This document shows positions 12,743 through 26,754 of a stretch of DNA of 64,000 nt, one piece after another. The translations under genes were made by a program, and so were the position numbers. The notes beneath the pieces were generated by a model that was given only the letters and a program-made list of their open reading frames with translations, had not been told where the DNA came from and searched no databases. Numbering within the stretch: the first letter of the stretch is position 1; each line of letters begins with the position of its first letter. The stretch is from Octopus vulgaris (taxonomy: Eukaryota): contig OX597830.1 of assembly GCA_951406725.2 (NCBI GenBank), forward strand, positions 19,530,001-19,594,000. The letters are read 5' to 3'.

Positions 12743-13135
12743 GGCAGCGAGCTGGCAGAAACATTAGCATGCCGGGCAAAGTGCTTAGCGGTATTTCGTC
12801 TGCCGTTACGTTCTGTGTTCAAATTCCGCCGAGGTCGACTTTGTCTTTCATCCTTTCGGAGTCGATTAAATAAGTACCAGTTACGCACTGGGGTCGATAT
12901 AATCGACTTATCCGTTTGTCTGTCCTTGTTTGTCCTCTCTGTGTTTAGCCCCTTGTGGGTAGTAAAGAAATAGGTATTTCGTCTGCCGCTACGTTCTAAG
13001 TTCAAATTCCGCCGAGGTTGACTTTGCCGTTCATCCTTTCGGGGTCGATAAATAAAGTACCAGTTACGACTTAATCCCTTTGTCTGTCCTTGTTTGTCCC
13101 CTCTATGTTTAGCCCCTTGTGGGCAATAAAGAAAT
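12743..13135 (+). mobile_element. SINE family A (tRNA-like head, Nin/Deu-like central domain), dimeric. Other copies: ~2169+, 11153+, 16300-, 21685-, 28097+, 31313-, 53414-, 54215-, 59607+, 61932+, 62995+
   Basis: Recurrent 'ggcgagctggcagaaacgttagc...gagttcaaattcc...gtcgactttgcctttcatcctttcggggtcgataaa' with Pol III A/B-box-like motifs. Confidence 0.88.
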
Positions 13136-13206
13136 CAGAAACTGTTGTAAGCTAATGAGGGTCTTAACATAATTGTTTATCCCTTTGTCATCTTATTTTC
13201 TTTTAT

Positions 13207-13248
<42 letters not shown>

Positions 13249-13609
13249 CTGTTCTTTTATTGGCCTCAATCCCTGTACTGTAGCCATGCTGGGAATGATA
13301 ATTCTATCACTCTTTATCAAATGGCTAAGTTATTTTGTCACGTGGGACGGAACTTGATATACCAGTTTACAACAGAATACCAAACTCAATCACACACACA
13401 TAGACATACGTAAAAACACAAACACACACACACATATACATGCATACACACGTAAAATTACGTATCATTAAAGAATTTAGAATGTTGGAAATAGATTAAA
13501 GAGTAAGAAGGAGTGAGAGAGAGAGATTGAAAGAGAGAGAAAATAAAAAGAGAGAACAAAAGAGAAAAGACAAAGAACAAAGAAAAAAAAGAATAAAACA
13601 AGTACTCAC

Positions 13610-13711
13610 AGAGCATGGCAATGACACCACATCCAAGCCATACAATCATGGTCAAACCAACAGACTTGCTCGCTTCAAGAACGCCCTTCGGCGAAATGAA
13701 GATGCCAGATC
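13610..13711 (-). CDS. SLC7A9: SLC7A9-like coding exon 2 ([34 protein letters not shown])
   Basis: [12 protein letters not shown] signature. Acceptor tttag| and donor |gtgagt. 102 nt, phase 1-1, in frame with the neighbouring exons. Confidence 0.95.
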
Positions 13712-13804
13712 CTAAATTAGAGAAAATGGATTAGAAAGAAATGAAACTTTTGTTTGTTTCCTGAGTTTATAGATCAATTAGACTGGCTAAAACCTGACCC
13801 TACT

Positions 13805-13849
<45 letters not shown>

Positions 13850-14750
13850 TTCAGATATTGAGGAGGGAGGCAGTAATAAGGCAGGTCTAGCTTATTTTCA
13901 TGTTCTCTCAGTCTTAGGACCTGGAATTTGAAATGGGTGAATGAACTTAGGGAGGCTGCTACTAAATCCTTTTGATATTAAACTACCTAAGACCACTCTT
14001 TTTTTTAAAAAGAATTTTTGTATTTAAACGAAAATCTTCCATTATGATTTTATTCAAGAACCTTTTTCACCATTTTGATCTCAACCTTCCTGAGATCACT
14101 CTTAGTCCAAACTTTCAGTTTTTATACGATTTAAATTCAAATCTTCCTTCAAAATTTCAGACTGATTTAGGTACCAAACACCTACTCCACAATTCCGAAG
14201 TGATTTATACTAAATTCTTCGTTATTTTCAATATTAATTGAAGCAAAAGCTGAGCATTTCAATAGAAATTTGGCAACAAAAGTGTTAAGTTTTTGCCAAT
14301 GATAAAGACGTCACCTATTTTACTAAATCCTTTTGCAACTTTTGTAAATTTCCATAATTAACCAAAAAAGCAGTATATTTAATCAAAAACTAGCTAATGA
14401 ATGGGTCAACAGAAGACGTTTATTTTTAGCCCCTGGTCATCTTTACTCCAGTGGACTTCCGATCAAAGTGTTCCAATTCTGACCAGACAATATATCTAGG
14501 AGTACATCATCAAAGATAAGACTCAGCCTGCTATTTCTAGGAGATCAAGTCACCTCAATGCACGATTTTAATGAAATCTTACAGATATACATTTTAGATG
14601 GTGTAGGTTGCGATTGTTTTGAGGTAAAAATTGCTTTTCTTGAGAGAAGTTATTTTTAAATGAAACTTCCCAAAGATACGTTTTCATCGTTGAAAATAAA
14701 GATTTAAAAAATCAAGTTTTCAAATTTCCTCACAATAACCATACTCTACA

Positions 14751-14998
14751 CAGCGGTGGAGATCCAAGATCTGTTTTGGGGTGTTGCTCAAAAGTCTCGA
14801 AAAAAATACTATATTTGGTCTGAATCGCAATTCGTAACAAATGGACACATTTTTATGTATTCTAAATTTGTTGTAGCGGATTATATGCATATGAAACAGT
14901 AATGCTGTGAAAAACCATGGTCCCGATTTTTTGGTGTCGGCTCGGCTAGAAAGGCTGTTGCCTGGGCAACTAGGGCAACACCCCTGCATCCGCCACTG
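14751..14998. mobile_element. Small MITE
   Basis: Termini cagcggtgga / tccgccactg; ctaca repeated on both flanks. Confidence 0.55.
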
Positions 14999-15452
14999 CT
15001 ACATCCACAAAATTGTATCTCAGAAAAGTTTCTTTAAAAAGTATGCATTCAAAAGAAAGTTATGAGAGTAAAAAACAGTTGGGAGAGAATTAGCCGAAAA
15101 CTACCCCACCACATTTTTTTAATGGCTGTTTCTTTCCAACATGATTACAACCTACCAGTGTCCGAAGTTTGAAAGGGTTTAGTTACAAAAAATTATTTTT
15201 TAAATCTGTTGGTCAAAAGGTAAAGATCCCACTAGTTGGTGTGTGAAAAACAACAAATGTATTTTGAAAGAAACGTCTATAAAACTAGTATTTAAACATC
15301 AGATGGCTTTTGGGGCCCGCCAGAGTAGAATAGCGATCAAAGGAGTCCACAGGTAAAAACAAAATGGCTGAGAATCATTGGTTTAAACGAAGACCTCGAC
15401 TAATATTCTAATTACTCAGTATAGGAGTTGAATACCAAAATATTTTACTTAC

Positions 15453-15531
15453 CAATCATGGTACCGACTATCATAGCAACTGCGCTTAGTAACCCCAACT
15501 TTCTCTCTAGCTGTACGGTAGTCGCTGCCAT
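15453..15531 (-). CDS. SLC7A9: SLC7A9/b(0,+)AT-like L-type amino acid transporter light chain, first coding exon (MAATTVQLERKLGLLSAVAMIVGTMIG)
   Basis: Manual translation gives the LAT-family TM1 motif LxRxLGLxSxVxxIVGTMIG. ATG at 15531 has an in-frame upstream TAG. Donor G|gtaagt at 15452, phase 1. The symbol is a family-level call. Confidence 0.9.
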
Positions 15532-17078
15532 CTTCGGTTTCTATTTCTTTTGCTCTACTCTGTTGCCACTTCTGTGTATAGTCTCAGATACCTCTCTGGT
15601 AAAGAAAAAAAAAGAAAGAAAAAGCCCCAGCTAGTTCTCACTCACCGTATTTGTCTTTTACAACTTTACATCTTTATGAAAATTTTCAGTGGCAAAAATA
15701 AAAACTATATATATTTTTTTAATTGTACATAACTCAATGCAGGCTGTCTGAAAGCAACATCTAAGCGGATGAATGCATTGCCAGTTAAGCTAAAAGTAAA
15801 ACTATGTCGGCGAGGGCCAGCAACTCCCAGTTTCCTTTGCTGTGAACCATCGTGTTTGTTTTAACTGAAATGCGCCTTTCTTTTATTAACAAGTGACTGT
15901 TAACGAGACATCTTAGAATACTTTGCTTAACAGCTCCGTTCTCTGTCTTTCCTTTAGAATTTTGGGCACCCTTGTTTTCGACTTACCAAAATACATTGAT
16001 ACACTAACTGAAACATCAAATAAGAAATTAGAAGGAATCATAACTTTAGAAAAATAGTATGGAATTATAAGATAACACCATGCCGGAAGTACCAGGAAAA
16101 GAACCATCTTTGATAAATATTCATTTAAACTTTTCATCTTTCTGTACAATTTTGAAAGAGATGTAGAAATATTTGGATGGAGTTATGAATGTGTATTCTA
16201 TGCAATCAATTTGGCTATGAAGTAAAAAAACAAAATGGCGTCACTCTTCAAATAAAAAAATTTAACAATATAGATTAGTGATTAAACGCGAATAGAGGTT
16301 TCAAATTTTGGCACTGGGCCAGTAAATTCGGGTGAGGGTTTAAGTCGATCAAATCAATCCCAGTGCTTGACTGGAACTTATTTTATCGACTCCGAAAGGA
16401 TGAAAGTCGACCTCCACGGAATTTGAACAGACGAAATGCCATTAAGCATTTTCCCTGGCGATACTTTCACTGCAATTTATACAGAAGCTTTTTCCATCTT
16501 TACAGCGCTAAAGGATAAAAAAAGAAGACTGTAAAGAAAACACCTTTCTGTAAACCGTGGACGGTTTGGGCGCTAGAAACGAGCAGATTGACACAATGTA
16601 AAATTACAAGGTGAAGCTACAAGCTATATACGCCAAGGAAACCGAGAAACTGGCCCTTATGAGCCAGGCATGGCTCGAGTAGGAACAAACAATATTTTAT
16701 ATAAAAACAATTTGAGCACTTAGGTCGCCATAATTGACTCACTCCTCCTTCAAAATTGATGGCTAACATGTTCTTGGTTCAATTACTTCAACTATCATTT
16801 ATGAAAGATAAGTAAAGAATCATTTTGTTATTCTTAGGGATGATCGTTTTTCTTCTGTTTTTTTTTTAATGCCAATTAGACACATTCGCTATTTCTGTGA
16901 TCTTCACTTTAGTTTAATCCGTAATATTTTTAGTTTTATACGATCTTTCAAAGTTCTTTTGTCATACGTTCTGCGACCTTCATCAGTGGTTCTCTGTGCA
17001 CACTGTGTCTCCCCTTGTCCCTCTTATTCCATTTTGCCCTTTTGGGATATCTAACGCTATCTACGCATAAGTTTACGC

Positions 17079-17123
<45 letters not shown>

Positions 17124-17510
17124 ACAACAGGTTTCTATATTATATTCTTTATAATACAAATGAAAACTAAAATAAGGATCAAATAAATAGGGCGTGTATT
17201 TACTTGGCTGAAAACAAAAGCCCATCCCCAAATGTGTTCCAACACACGATTTCACATCAAGAATTTTGCAAAACAATTACGTAGGCTTAAATAATCATTC
17301 TTTTATTATTTTTTCCTGTGACATATTTCTTTATGATCTCCCCCCCCCCCTCTCATTTTTATTTCCCTTCACTTAGTGACGTACGTTGAGTGTGGTTACT
17401 TAAGTCTGCTAGAAATAGCAAGTCAATTTCCTTCAGATCCCACCTTGAAATTGTAGTGATTTTTGGCATCACTGGTCTTCCATTGTTTCTTCTTCTCAAT
17501 AACCACCATC

Positions 17511-17572
<62 letters not shown>

Positions 17573-19977
17573 CAAAATGTAGTTAGCACCAAAATCACCT
17601 CATTGAACACCGCCTTCGCTGCTACTACGTCCTTCACCACAAGCGTTATTGCCTCCACATCAGTGAACCTATCAACCCTAATACTAACTCAATCATTACA
17701 AAATACACCGCCCCACTAACTCTATTATTTTACTGCCACCCATTACCCTAGTGTCATCATTAATGGCATCATCATCATCATCACCACCACCACCACCACC
17801 ATTACATTCATCACAAAATACCCCCTTCCCTTCTCATTTTTACTGATTTTACTACCACACTTTACACTATTACCATCACTACAATCACCACCACTATTTC
17901 ATTCATCATAGAAATGTCCCCCAGCACTGTTTCTAGTTCATCAGTATTACCGCCACCATGGGGCCCTATTACAATCATCATAGAATATACCCCCACCCCA
18001 CCCCCACCCAGCACTACTAATCTCATCACCAGACCTCATGCTATTACTGACCCCATGACTCATTATGAAGCAAACACTACCACCATCACCACCATCACCA
18101 CCACCATCGCCATTACCACCACCACCCTATCTACCCCACAACTGCCATATTAAGAGTTCTTATGCCAACTGAAATATACCCATCGCACCATACCTGACCA
18201 TATCCACTCTCTCCCACCCATCTCCATACCAAATTGACTCCTCTGATTACATGATTACATCCTCACAACCTCTTATCTCACCTAATTACATAATTATATT
18301 CTTACACCTTACATAATTATATCCTCACACCTCTTAACTACCTTCTCTTTTCACACACCTGTAATAGTTATACATTATTATACAGACTCCCACTCCGGTC
18401 ACCATCACTTGTCTCAGTGGTTTGCAAGTTTTTTTTTCCGACTGCCGCCTCTTGGCACCCACATCACACTCCTACACCCTCTCCCCCATCACAAACGTAC
18501 ACGTCTTTCTTCTCCAAATTCAAAAAAACTGTTTTTCACAAATAAAGCTTAACCTAATTATTCCATTATTTTGTTGTTTTTACAGTATGAAAGACTGAAA
18601 TTTACACCTCGCCTGTGATTACGTTATTATCTTATTTTTAGTGAGATGAATGTATACTGTGAAGAGATATCGGTTTATTGACATCTGGCTGAAAGGTAAT
18701 GAGAAGTAGTCTTAGATCCTAGCATCCAATTATTTTCTGTCTGTTTCTTTGCTTACAAAGAATCTGCACAACTGCACTGAGACCTCGTTCTACAAACTAT
18801 AATGTTAAGAAGGCAACAAAGTACGTCTTGACTCCGTTCCACAGTGCAGGGTAGCAGTCAGAAAGGTCCCTTTTTTGAAAAAAAAAATCCAGATATCAAC
18901 ATTTTAAACTTTGGCTTCTGTTCAATGTCCTTTTAAAGTGAAACCAGCTCTTCCAGCACTATTCTTCTGGCCTCATTACTAATACTTAAGAATACTTAAG
19001 AATCACCAGATGGGTATCAAATGTCAATAACCTGAAATCTATCAGTTATGTCTCTGTGCAGTTCATCCAGGTGTGTAAAATACACTTGAATGTAATCTTC
19101 TGGTATGTACTTTTCATGCACCAATTCAGAGAGGCTCGGAAACTGGAAGTCCTACAAATATCAACCAAATGTCTTTTTTTTTTTTTTTTTTTTTTAATTC
19201 ATAATGACAGTGTTTCTAAAACAAATGTGAAAAAATTATAGGAAACATTGAAAAACACAAAATAGCCAGTGAACTCCCGTTTAAACTCCACCACAAGAAC
19301 GTGTACTCCACCAATTCTAGAAACAAATTATTATAGTGATTTATATTTAAAATAGCTGTTATATTAATCAATGTATGAGACTGTCAAGTGAGGCCTATTT
19401 TCTGAAACAAATACACGAAGACAAATTCTGATTAATATTACATTCATAAAATGCCTTGAAATAATTGTACAGTTTTTTTACCCAGAACAAAACTAAAAAT
19501 ACCAAATTATGGAAAGTATGAAGGATTTCTTACCTTTACCCTAAATTTTAGGGCTAAAACAACACACTCAAGATAATATCTGTGCCAAATTCATTGAAGT
19601 CAAAATTGTTAAAAAAAGAAATGATTTGTTTTGTAATCATTTTCTCTCTATCTCTCTCCCTCTCCTTCCCTCTCACTCTTTCTTCTCTCTCTTTCTCCAT
19701 CCCATCTCCCCCTCTCTCTATATATAAGTGAGCTTACAAACATCAGGCTTCAGATTCAAAACAACCCCCGTCACCTCCCCCTACAAACAACTAACTATAT
19801 TCTGTTCACTTCGTGCCCAGCTGGTTGAAACAACCTGACCAAAGCTGTACAGAAAATTATACCCGGTTGCAGGTGCAACGGGCGAGGTCATCAACACGTG
19901 TAGGTCTTAAACATAACACCATGCTATTTGAAATTGTTGAATAAAAGGAAATTGACCTTTTCACTTTCACGTGAAAT

Positions 19978-20188
19978 GGATCTTTTCATCTTTTGACGTC
20001 ATTGATTGGTTGAAATTGCCAAAATGCAAGAAATTAAACAACATATAGCTTAAAAACTACAGAATTTTCTCAAGAAAGTCAAGAGAAAAAGATGTTTTAT
20101 CTAACACACTACCAGTATACGAAGTTTAAAAGTGTTTAGTTACAAAGAAATTATTTTAAAAATCTGCCGGTCAAAGTGAAAAGATCCA
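19978..20188. mobile_element. MITE with ggatcttttca termini (family also at about 15150-15230, 35613 and 37820)
   Basis: tggatcttttca ... tgaaaagatcca; internal sequence shared with the other copies. Confidence 0.65.
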
Positions 20189-20439
20189 AGGAAATAAAGT
20201 TTGAGTATGTATCAGACTCCATATTCTCTATTGTTATAATAATTGCTCATATACAAACTAGATAATATTACCATCCAGTGAAGCAAACACGGAATTACCT
20301 ATCGGAAGAGTTTACAGCGTGAGTGACAACCCATAGTAGTCATAAACGTTAAATACAAATCAATGGGGTTATATACACAGACATGCAGGAAGTAAATAGA
20401 CACCTTTAATTTTCAAAATCTTTTATTTGATATTAATTG

Positions 20440-20804
20440 GTTGAAAGATAGGTTTTCTTCTAGCTGCTCGTCCATAATACCCAAGCTTATGCAGATATGT
20501 AACACACGTTCTTGGACTAACTTCTAGCTGTTTTGCAATATCAGAAGCCTTCGAACGGGGTTCGTTTTCCACAATTCTCTTCAAACAGCGAAGCTTCCTT
20601 TCTGAGGGGGCCAGGTCGGCCGCGACGAGAATTTGTCGATTCTTTTCCTTGGTTTTTGAATTGCACTATAATTCTATTAACAGTAGCAAGAGGAATTTGA
20701 AGATTTTCGGCAATTTTTCGCTGGCTAAGACCAGCTACAGATTGCCCAACAATACGACCTCTTCGAAAATCTGACATTTCTGCTGAATTTTTTGTGCGTG
20801 GCAT
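20440..20804 (-). mobile_element. Tc1-family transposase relic (N-terminal DNA-binding region)
   Basis: [20 protein letters not shown]...[21 protein letters not shown]...RRGRPG, then frameshifted ...YLHKLGYYGRAARRKP; truncated. Confidence 0.88.
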
Positions 20805-21019
20805 GGTTACTCTTCGCAAATGTTTAATATAATGGCACCTGGAATGAAAAAGATTAATTACATTGTAAATTCTGCACCGCTGAAAACATATTAAGACGCT
20901 TAGATCAGAAATTTTGAAAATTATTTTGAAAAAAAAAAATGTATATATATATATATATATATATATATGTTAATAAATTTTTAATATGTCAATTGTATTT
21001 CTCTATTTCCTTTAATATT

Positions 21020-21050
<31 letters not shown>

Positions 21051-22004
21051 TTCTCTGTCTTTCTCACTTTGCACCTCACTGATTCTGTCGTCAAGCCAAT
21101 CCTTGGCACGCTCTCTTTTTTCTCCCCTCTTTAATTCCGTCTTTCTCTCTCTTCTCCACCCCACCCCCTTGGTGCCTTTGTCCCTCTTTTTTCTCTCTCT
21201 CTTTGTTCCTTTGCCCCTTTTTTCCTCTCTCTCTTCTCCTCTCACATGACCGCCGGTCAACTAGCCTTTCGGCTTCTGACCACCGCCACGATAACATCGA
21301 TTTCTTCGTCTGCCGTAAAGGCATTTTTTTCCAAATACGCCAGCTAAGCTAAGTTGAACTGTCTAAAGTCGTAAGACACACGCTGTCTTTGTCCTGTTAT
21401 TACTATTATTGTTTTTTGCATTAATATTCGTGTGGCATCGTCCGTTTTTCTGTCCTTGTTTCGTATACATTCGATCCTTTTTCCAAGAAATCTAATGCTC
21501 GTAGCTTAGTTTTTCCTTGGGGCTGGCCGGATTGGAGCGATCTCAAGATTAATCAGCCGAAATTGCGAGGATGATCCGGTTCTTGACTGAAGATTAGAGG
21601 CTTCGAATGACCCGTCCGTTTTTTGTGTCGTTTATTTGAGTGTTTTGCGTTCTTGTCCCATTTTGTATTTTTTTATATATATATATTTCTTTACTACGCA
21701 CAAGGGGCTAAACACAGAGGGGACAAACAAAGACAGACAAACGGATTAAGTCGATTATATCGACCCCAGTGTGTAACTGGTACTTAATTTATCGACCCCG
21801 AAAGGATGAAAGGCAAAGACGACCTCGGCGGAATTTAAACTCAGAACGTAACAGCAGACGAAATACGGCTACGCATTTCGCCCGGCGTGCTAACGTTTCT
21901 GCCAGCTCGCCGCCTTTTTGATATATATATATATTTATACACACAGACACACACAGACACACACACAGACACAGACACAGACACACACACACACATATAC
22001 ATAC

Positions 22005-22042
<38 letters not shown>

Positions 22043-22053
22043 GCATGTATATA

Positions 22054-22663
22054 TTTTTATATGCTAGACCACTGGCGCGAAATTGATGTTAATTAAATTA
22101 ATATCAAATTTATCACCCTCATTTTAAATTTAAATTTAAATTAATACGTTCTCTAACCAGCAAAAGCCACTGTAGTAAATTATTTTCTGCAGTATTATTT
22201 TCCCGGTAAATTTAGCACGCCAAAACGAAGACATTTGAATAGTCACCACAAGTGTAATAGGTAGAACTATATACAGATCCGACTTTGTGCGGACGTTCTA
22301 GTATATAGTTCTGCAAATTATATTTGTTTTGGACGGTCACACCGAAGATCTACCGACAAATTGCGTAAGTAAAATTAAGTAATATGTTAATAGTGAAACG
22401 TATGTGAATAATCCATATTTTTGTTGCTTTTCTTTTGTCTTGCTCGATTACCTTCTGGTGTTTGCTAAATTTTTCTTGAGAACATCTCTTAGTGGTAAGA
22501 CCATAACGGATTTACTTCTAGCATAAGGGTTGTCCACATAGTGGTCATCCCTCTCATATGTATATAATACAATTTACTGAATCTTCAGATTTTTATATGC
22601 TAGACAGCTGATGTGAAATTGATGTTAATTAAATTAATATAAAATTTATCATCCTCATTTTAA
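22054..22663 (+). mobile_element. ~610-bp element bounded by ~74-bp direct repeats, containing a hairpin and a hammerhead-like motif
   Basis: Repeat at 22054-22127 and 22590-22663; a diverged relative lies at about 5950-6275. Confidence 0.7.
22337..22407 (+). ncRNA. Type-I hammerhead-like motif with U4C change
   Basis: Stem I tcaca/tgtga; CCGAAGA; cta/tag; GAAA 22395-22398; palindromic acgt; GUA triplet. Confidence 0.6.
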
Positions 22664-22880
22664 AAGATAAAGGGTCTTCTTTGTGTTGTTTGCCTTGTTT
22701 TCCATTTTTTTTTTTTTTTTTTGTTCGCAAAAATGTTCATATTCCATGTCCTCGTACTTTGTATTTTTATTGTTCACTTTTTGTGGCATCCTGTGCCCAC
22801 AAATGCTTATGTATATACATATACATGTATGTACGTATACGTATATATATATACATATATATATATATACATATATATAT

Positions 22881-22934
<54 letters not shown>

Positions 22935-24577
22935 TAGGGCTTCGAAACAGAGCGATTTGTGAGAGGACATCTTCGTGAATTTGGATTGGATTTGGATATA
23001 CACATTGTTGGCTGTACGACAGTGCTTCTATGATGGTGAAATTCAGAGAAGAAATAAGATCTGATCGCCAACAATGTCCCACACATTGCATACATGTCTG
23101 TGACCGACATTCTCTATCAAATTCTCTATTAAGATATTGAAAATATTGCCTCAACCGATGAGACAGATAAAAAAAATGCGAAGAGATCGCTATAACAGAC
23201 AATAGTGATGATGAAACTGACATAAGCCAACAAGACATACTTTTTCAAACAGATTTGGTTCATGAAAATGCCGGTTTTCCCCAGCTAAAACCTGAATTTA
23301 ACAAAGTTTTAAATAAGGTAAGAAAAATTTCAAAACTTTTCCGTAAATCTCCAACAAAAAATGCAATTTTGCAAGATTTTGTACGAGCGAACTTTGATAA
23401 CAGAGAATATAAACTAGGTGGAATAGCACATTCCATATGATTGAGAGATTTTTGAAATTGAAAAGCTGCATTCCAAATGCTCTCCGGGCAGTACTTTCCA
23501 CAGATACCGTAACTGACGAAGAATGGAAATCTCTCGATTTACTATATGAAATTCTGCATCCAGTAGAATTTATTTTGAAGGCTATGTGTGCTGATGATAC
23601 GGATTTACTGAAAGCGGAATATTCTATAGAATTTTTATTGAATAAACTTAATATCGTCGGCAACCCTTTGGCTCTAAATCTTCGTGAAAGACTTATGCAT
23701 AGATATAATAAGAGAAGAAATGTCGAAACCTTGACTCTCTTGAGGTATTTACATAACCCAAGGAAGTTTAAAGGTGAATTAATTTCTGGACCTTTGCTTT
23801 TTTAAACAAAACAACAATTAAGGAAGTATGCTGAACAAGCATATAGGGGATTATTTCCTGAACATGACACTGAGAACACAACAGAATTATACAAAGAAAA
23901 TGAAATAGGAGGGAACCTGAAAACAAGTGTTACTGTTGTCCCATCTACTTACGAAGGTAATGGACTCATTCGTGAATACACAAACGCAATGAAGAAAATT
24001 AATAAAGAGCCCAAGATAGTAACAGATGGATTTGAAATCTCTAAAGAATTCGAACATTTTGAAGCAACTTCGAGCAGAAGTGAAAAGCTCGATAAAATTT
24101 ATAGAGCATTGCTTACAACTAAAGCAACTAGTGTCCAGTCGGAAAAAGCTTTTTCAATCACTGGACTTTTCAACACAAAAATTAGGACAAGTTTGCATTG
24201 TTTTTTTTTAAAAGATTATTTTCGAAGGAAAGTGAATCATCAAGCAAATCAAGAAACTTGATTGATTCTCAAAAATACAACGACTTGGAAAAACGTTGCA
24301 TTCCTGATTAAATAAATATAATACCATTATTTTTTGTTATTGTTTGTACATAGATACAGATACAGGCACCATCAACATATTTGTGGATATCAGTTAACCT
24401 GTTACTTTCTCTCTTTTTCTGTGTAGATATATATAAACAATATACGATAAACAATATACGACAAACTTCTTCGTTACAGGGATACCGCTCTAAATCCGCG
24501 AAAACCGGTTTTTAACCAGTTTTGAGAATTACTTATACTTAAACTCGGATTGGGGAATTATCGTTTTTTTGCGAGCC

Positions 24578-24580
<3 letters not shown>
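22935..24580 (+). mobile_element. Internally deleted hAT transposon with a decayed transposase, inserted in (TA)n
   Basis: Ac-like termini tagggcttcgaaa / tttgcgagcccta; flanks atatatac / atatatat. Motifs YDSASMMVK, CPTH, TRWNSTFHMIERFL and ATSVQSEKAFS. Confidence 0.88.
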
Positions 24581-24650
<70 letters not shown>

Positions 24651-25014
24651 CGCAGGCGTGGCTGTTTGGTAAGAAATTTGCTTTCCAACCACATGGTTCT
24701 GGTTTCAGTCCAACTGCGTGACACCTTTGTCAGGTGCCTTCTACTAGAGCTTCGGGCCCACCAAAGCTTTGTGAGTGGATTTTGTAGACGGAAACTGAAA
24801 GAAGACCATCATATATATGTATACGTATGTGTGTGTTTGTGTTTACTTCCTTGTGACTTAGTGGTCGGCAAAAGAAACCGATGGAATAAGTACTACGTTT
24901 TAAAAAGTCCCGGGGTTGATTTGTTCGACTAAAACCATTCGTGGCGGTGCTCCAGCATAGCCGCAGTCAAATGACTGAAACTAGTAAAAGAATAAATGGG
25001 TATATATATTAATC

Positions 25015-26310
25015 ATTATACATTGTCATCCCCTACAACGACGGCTTCTTAGCCCTACAGTACTTCCTTGACCGTCGTACCGTCCCCACACCCACCACAT
25101 TCACACTTCTCCGCCTCGCAGAACTCGTCCTAACAGCTGTTTCACATTCGCAAGCGAGATTTAGCAGCGGATTTCTGACGTCGCTATGGGCACAAGAATG
25201 GACCACAAGTTTGCCAACTTATTTAACGGATTAGGTCGAGACCCAATCTTCTCACATATCTCTTGACCAACCCCAGAACTATACGGTCACTATATAGACG
25301 ACTACATTAGCGCTACTTCCCTCTCTCTCTCAAGTAGCTCACCAACATTATCTCTTTCGTCTCTGACTTTCATTCTTCATTTGAATTAACTTCTCTCATC
25401 TCTGACACTTCTGCGACATCTCTCTATCAATCCCCTTACTCACTCTCTCACCTACTCCGCCTTCTTCAAACTCATTGACTCACACCTCTGCTTCAGCTTT
25501 TCTTCTTCTCACTCTTCCCACACCAAACGGGCCATTTCCTACTCCCAATTCTTCCGTCTTCGACGTTTGTACAACCGCGACTAGGCACTGGAAACGCAGT
25601 CTCAATACCTGGCCCTCTTGTTTATGTGTCGTGGATACTTCTCCGCTCTTGTCCAAACCGCCCTTATTCGATCGCACCACAGCCCTCTTTCCTTCCCCAC
25701 ACAAGTCTCCCAACCGTATCCCCTTTCTCTCCTTTTCGACCCCCACCATACCTTCTCGTCGGAAGATCCTACGGGCCTTCCGTCGTTTCCAGCTAGATCC
25801 CACCACCACCCTCCTTGTTTTTCCCAAACCACCCTTGCCCTCCTTCAACCGCGCCCGCAACCTACGCGACCTACGGGTCCGTAACTCTTTCCCCCATTAC
25901 CACCCATTCTGGATCCTTCCCTTGCTCCAGACCTCAATGTCACATCTGTCCGTTCATCACCAAAATCACCTCCTTCACTGGATCTAACCAGCATACCTTT
26001 TTCTGCACTTCGTCTAACCTCGTATACTGTATCCGAAGTACTCTTTGCAGCCGTCTATATTTTGGTTAGACGGGCCGTCGGCTAGCAGGCCGATTCACAG
26101 GACACTTACGATATATCCGTCTGCTAAAAGATACCTCCGACGTCCGTCATTTTTGCTCTGCCGTCCAGTCGAACATACAATTTATTCTCTTTGGCTTGGC
26201 CTTACACTAAGGGTTTACCAACAGCAGACTTCGCCTTGAACAACGCTATATTTTCACTCTCCAAACCCAAACTCCATTTAGACTAAGCACGTTACTCTCC
26301 TTCCAGTGAC
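25015..26310 (+). mobile_element. Penelope-like element relic (RT plus GIY-YIG endonuclease)
   Basis: VIPYNDGFLALQYFLDRR..TLLRLAELVL, VAMGTRM, YIDD, PCSRPQCHICP and TFFCTSSNLVYCIR..C..LYFG; many stops and frameshifts. Confidence 0.88.
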
Positions 26311-26542
26311 ACCTTCCATTTATTCATTATTTTAAATATTTTTTCTTGATTTTCATTTATTTTTTTATACATCTCACATACACCAACATATAAACATTCA
26401 TTATTATTATTCTTTTGTTTTCCTTGCGCTACTTTCTCCTTGATACTCCCTTTCAGTAGAACACAACACATCGCTTGAACGAGGAACCGAAACCACTGTC
26501 TTATGGGGACGAGTACAACACTCTAACCATTAATCCACACAC

Positions 26543-26616
<74 letters not shown>

Positions 26617-26754
26617 ATACACACACACACACACACACTCACACGCATACAAGGTGGGACCAAAAGGTATCCAGACTTGAACAAGGAACCGAAACCACTG
26701 TCTTGTGGGGACGAGTACAACACCTTAACCATTAATCCGCATAAACACACTCAT

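Noticed and set aside
16081-16242. ETS-like (ccggaagt) and YY1-like (aaaatggcg) motifs upstream of the transporter
   Set aside because: Short motifs expected by chance; no TSS evidence.
16938-16991. Hammerhead-like CUGAUGA...GAAAgatcgUA on the - strand
   Set aside because: Stems I and II do not pair convincingly; at most a decayed relic.
18586-18695. Exon-like segment on + (tttttacag| ... aag|gtaat)
   Set aside because: Stops in all three frames and no SLC7 similarity; could be a UTR or non-coding exon but is unsupported.
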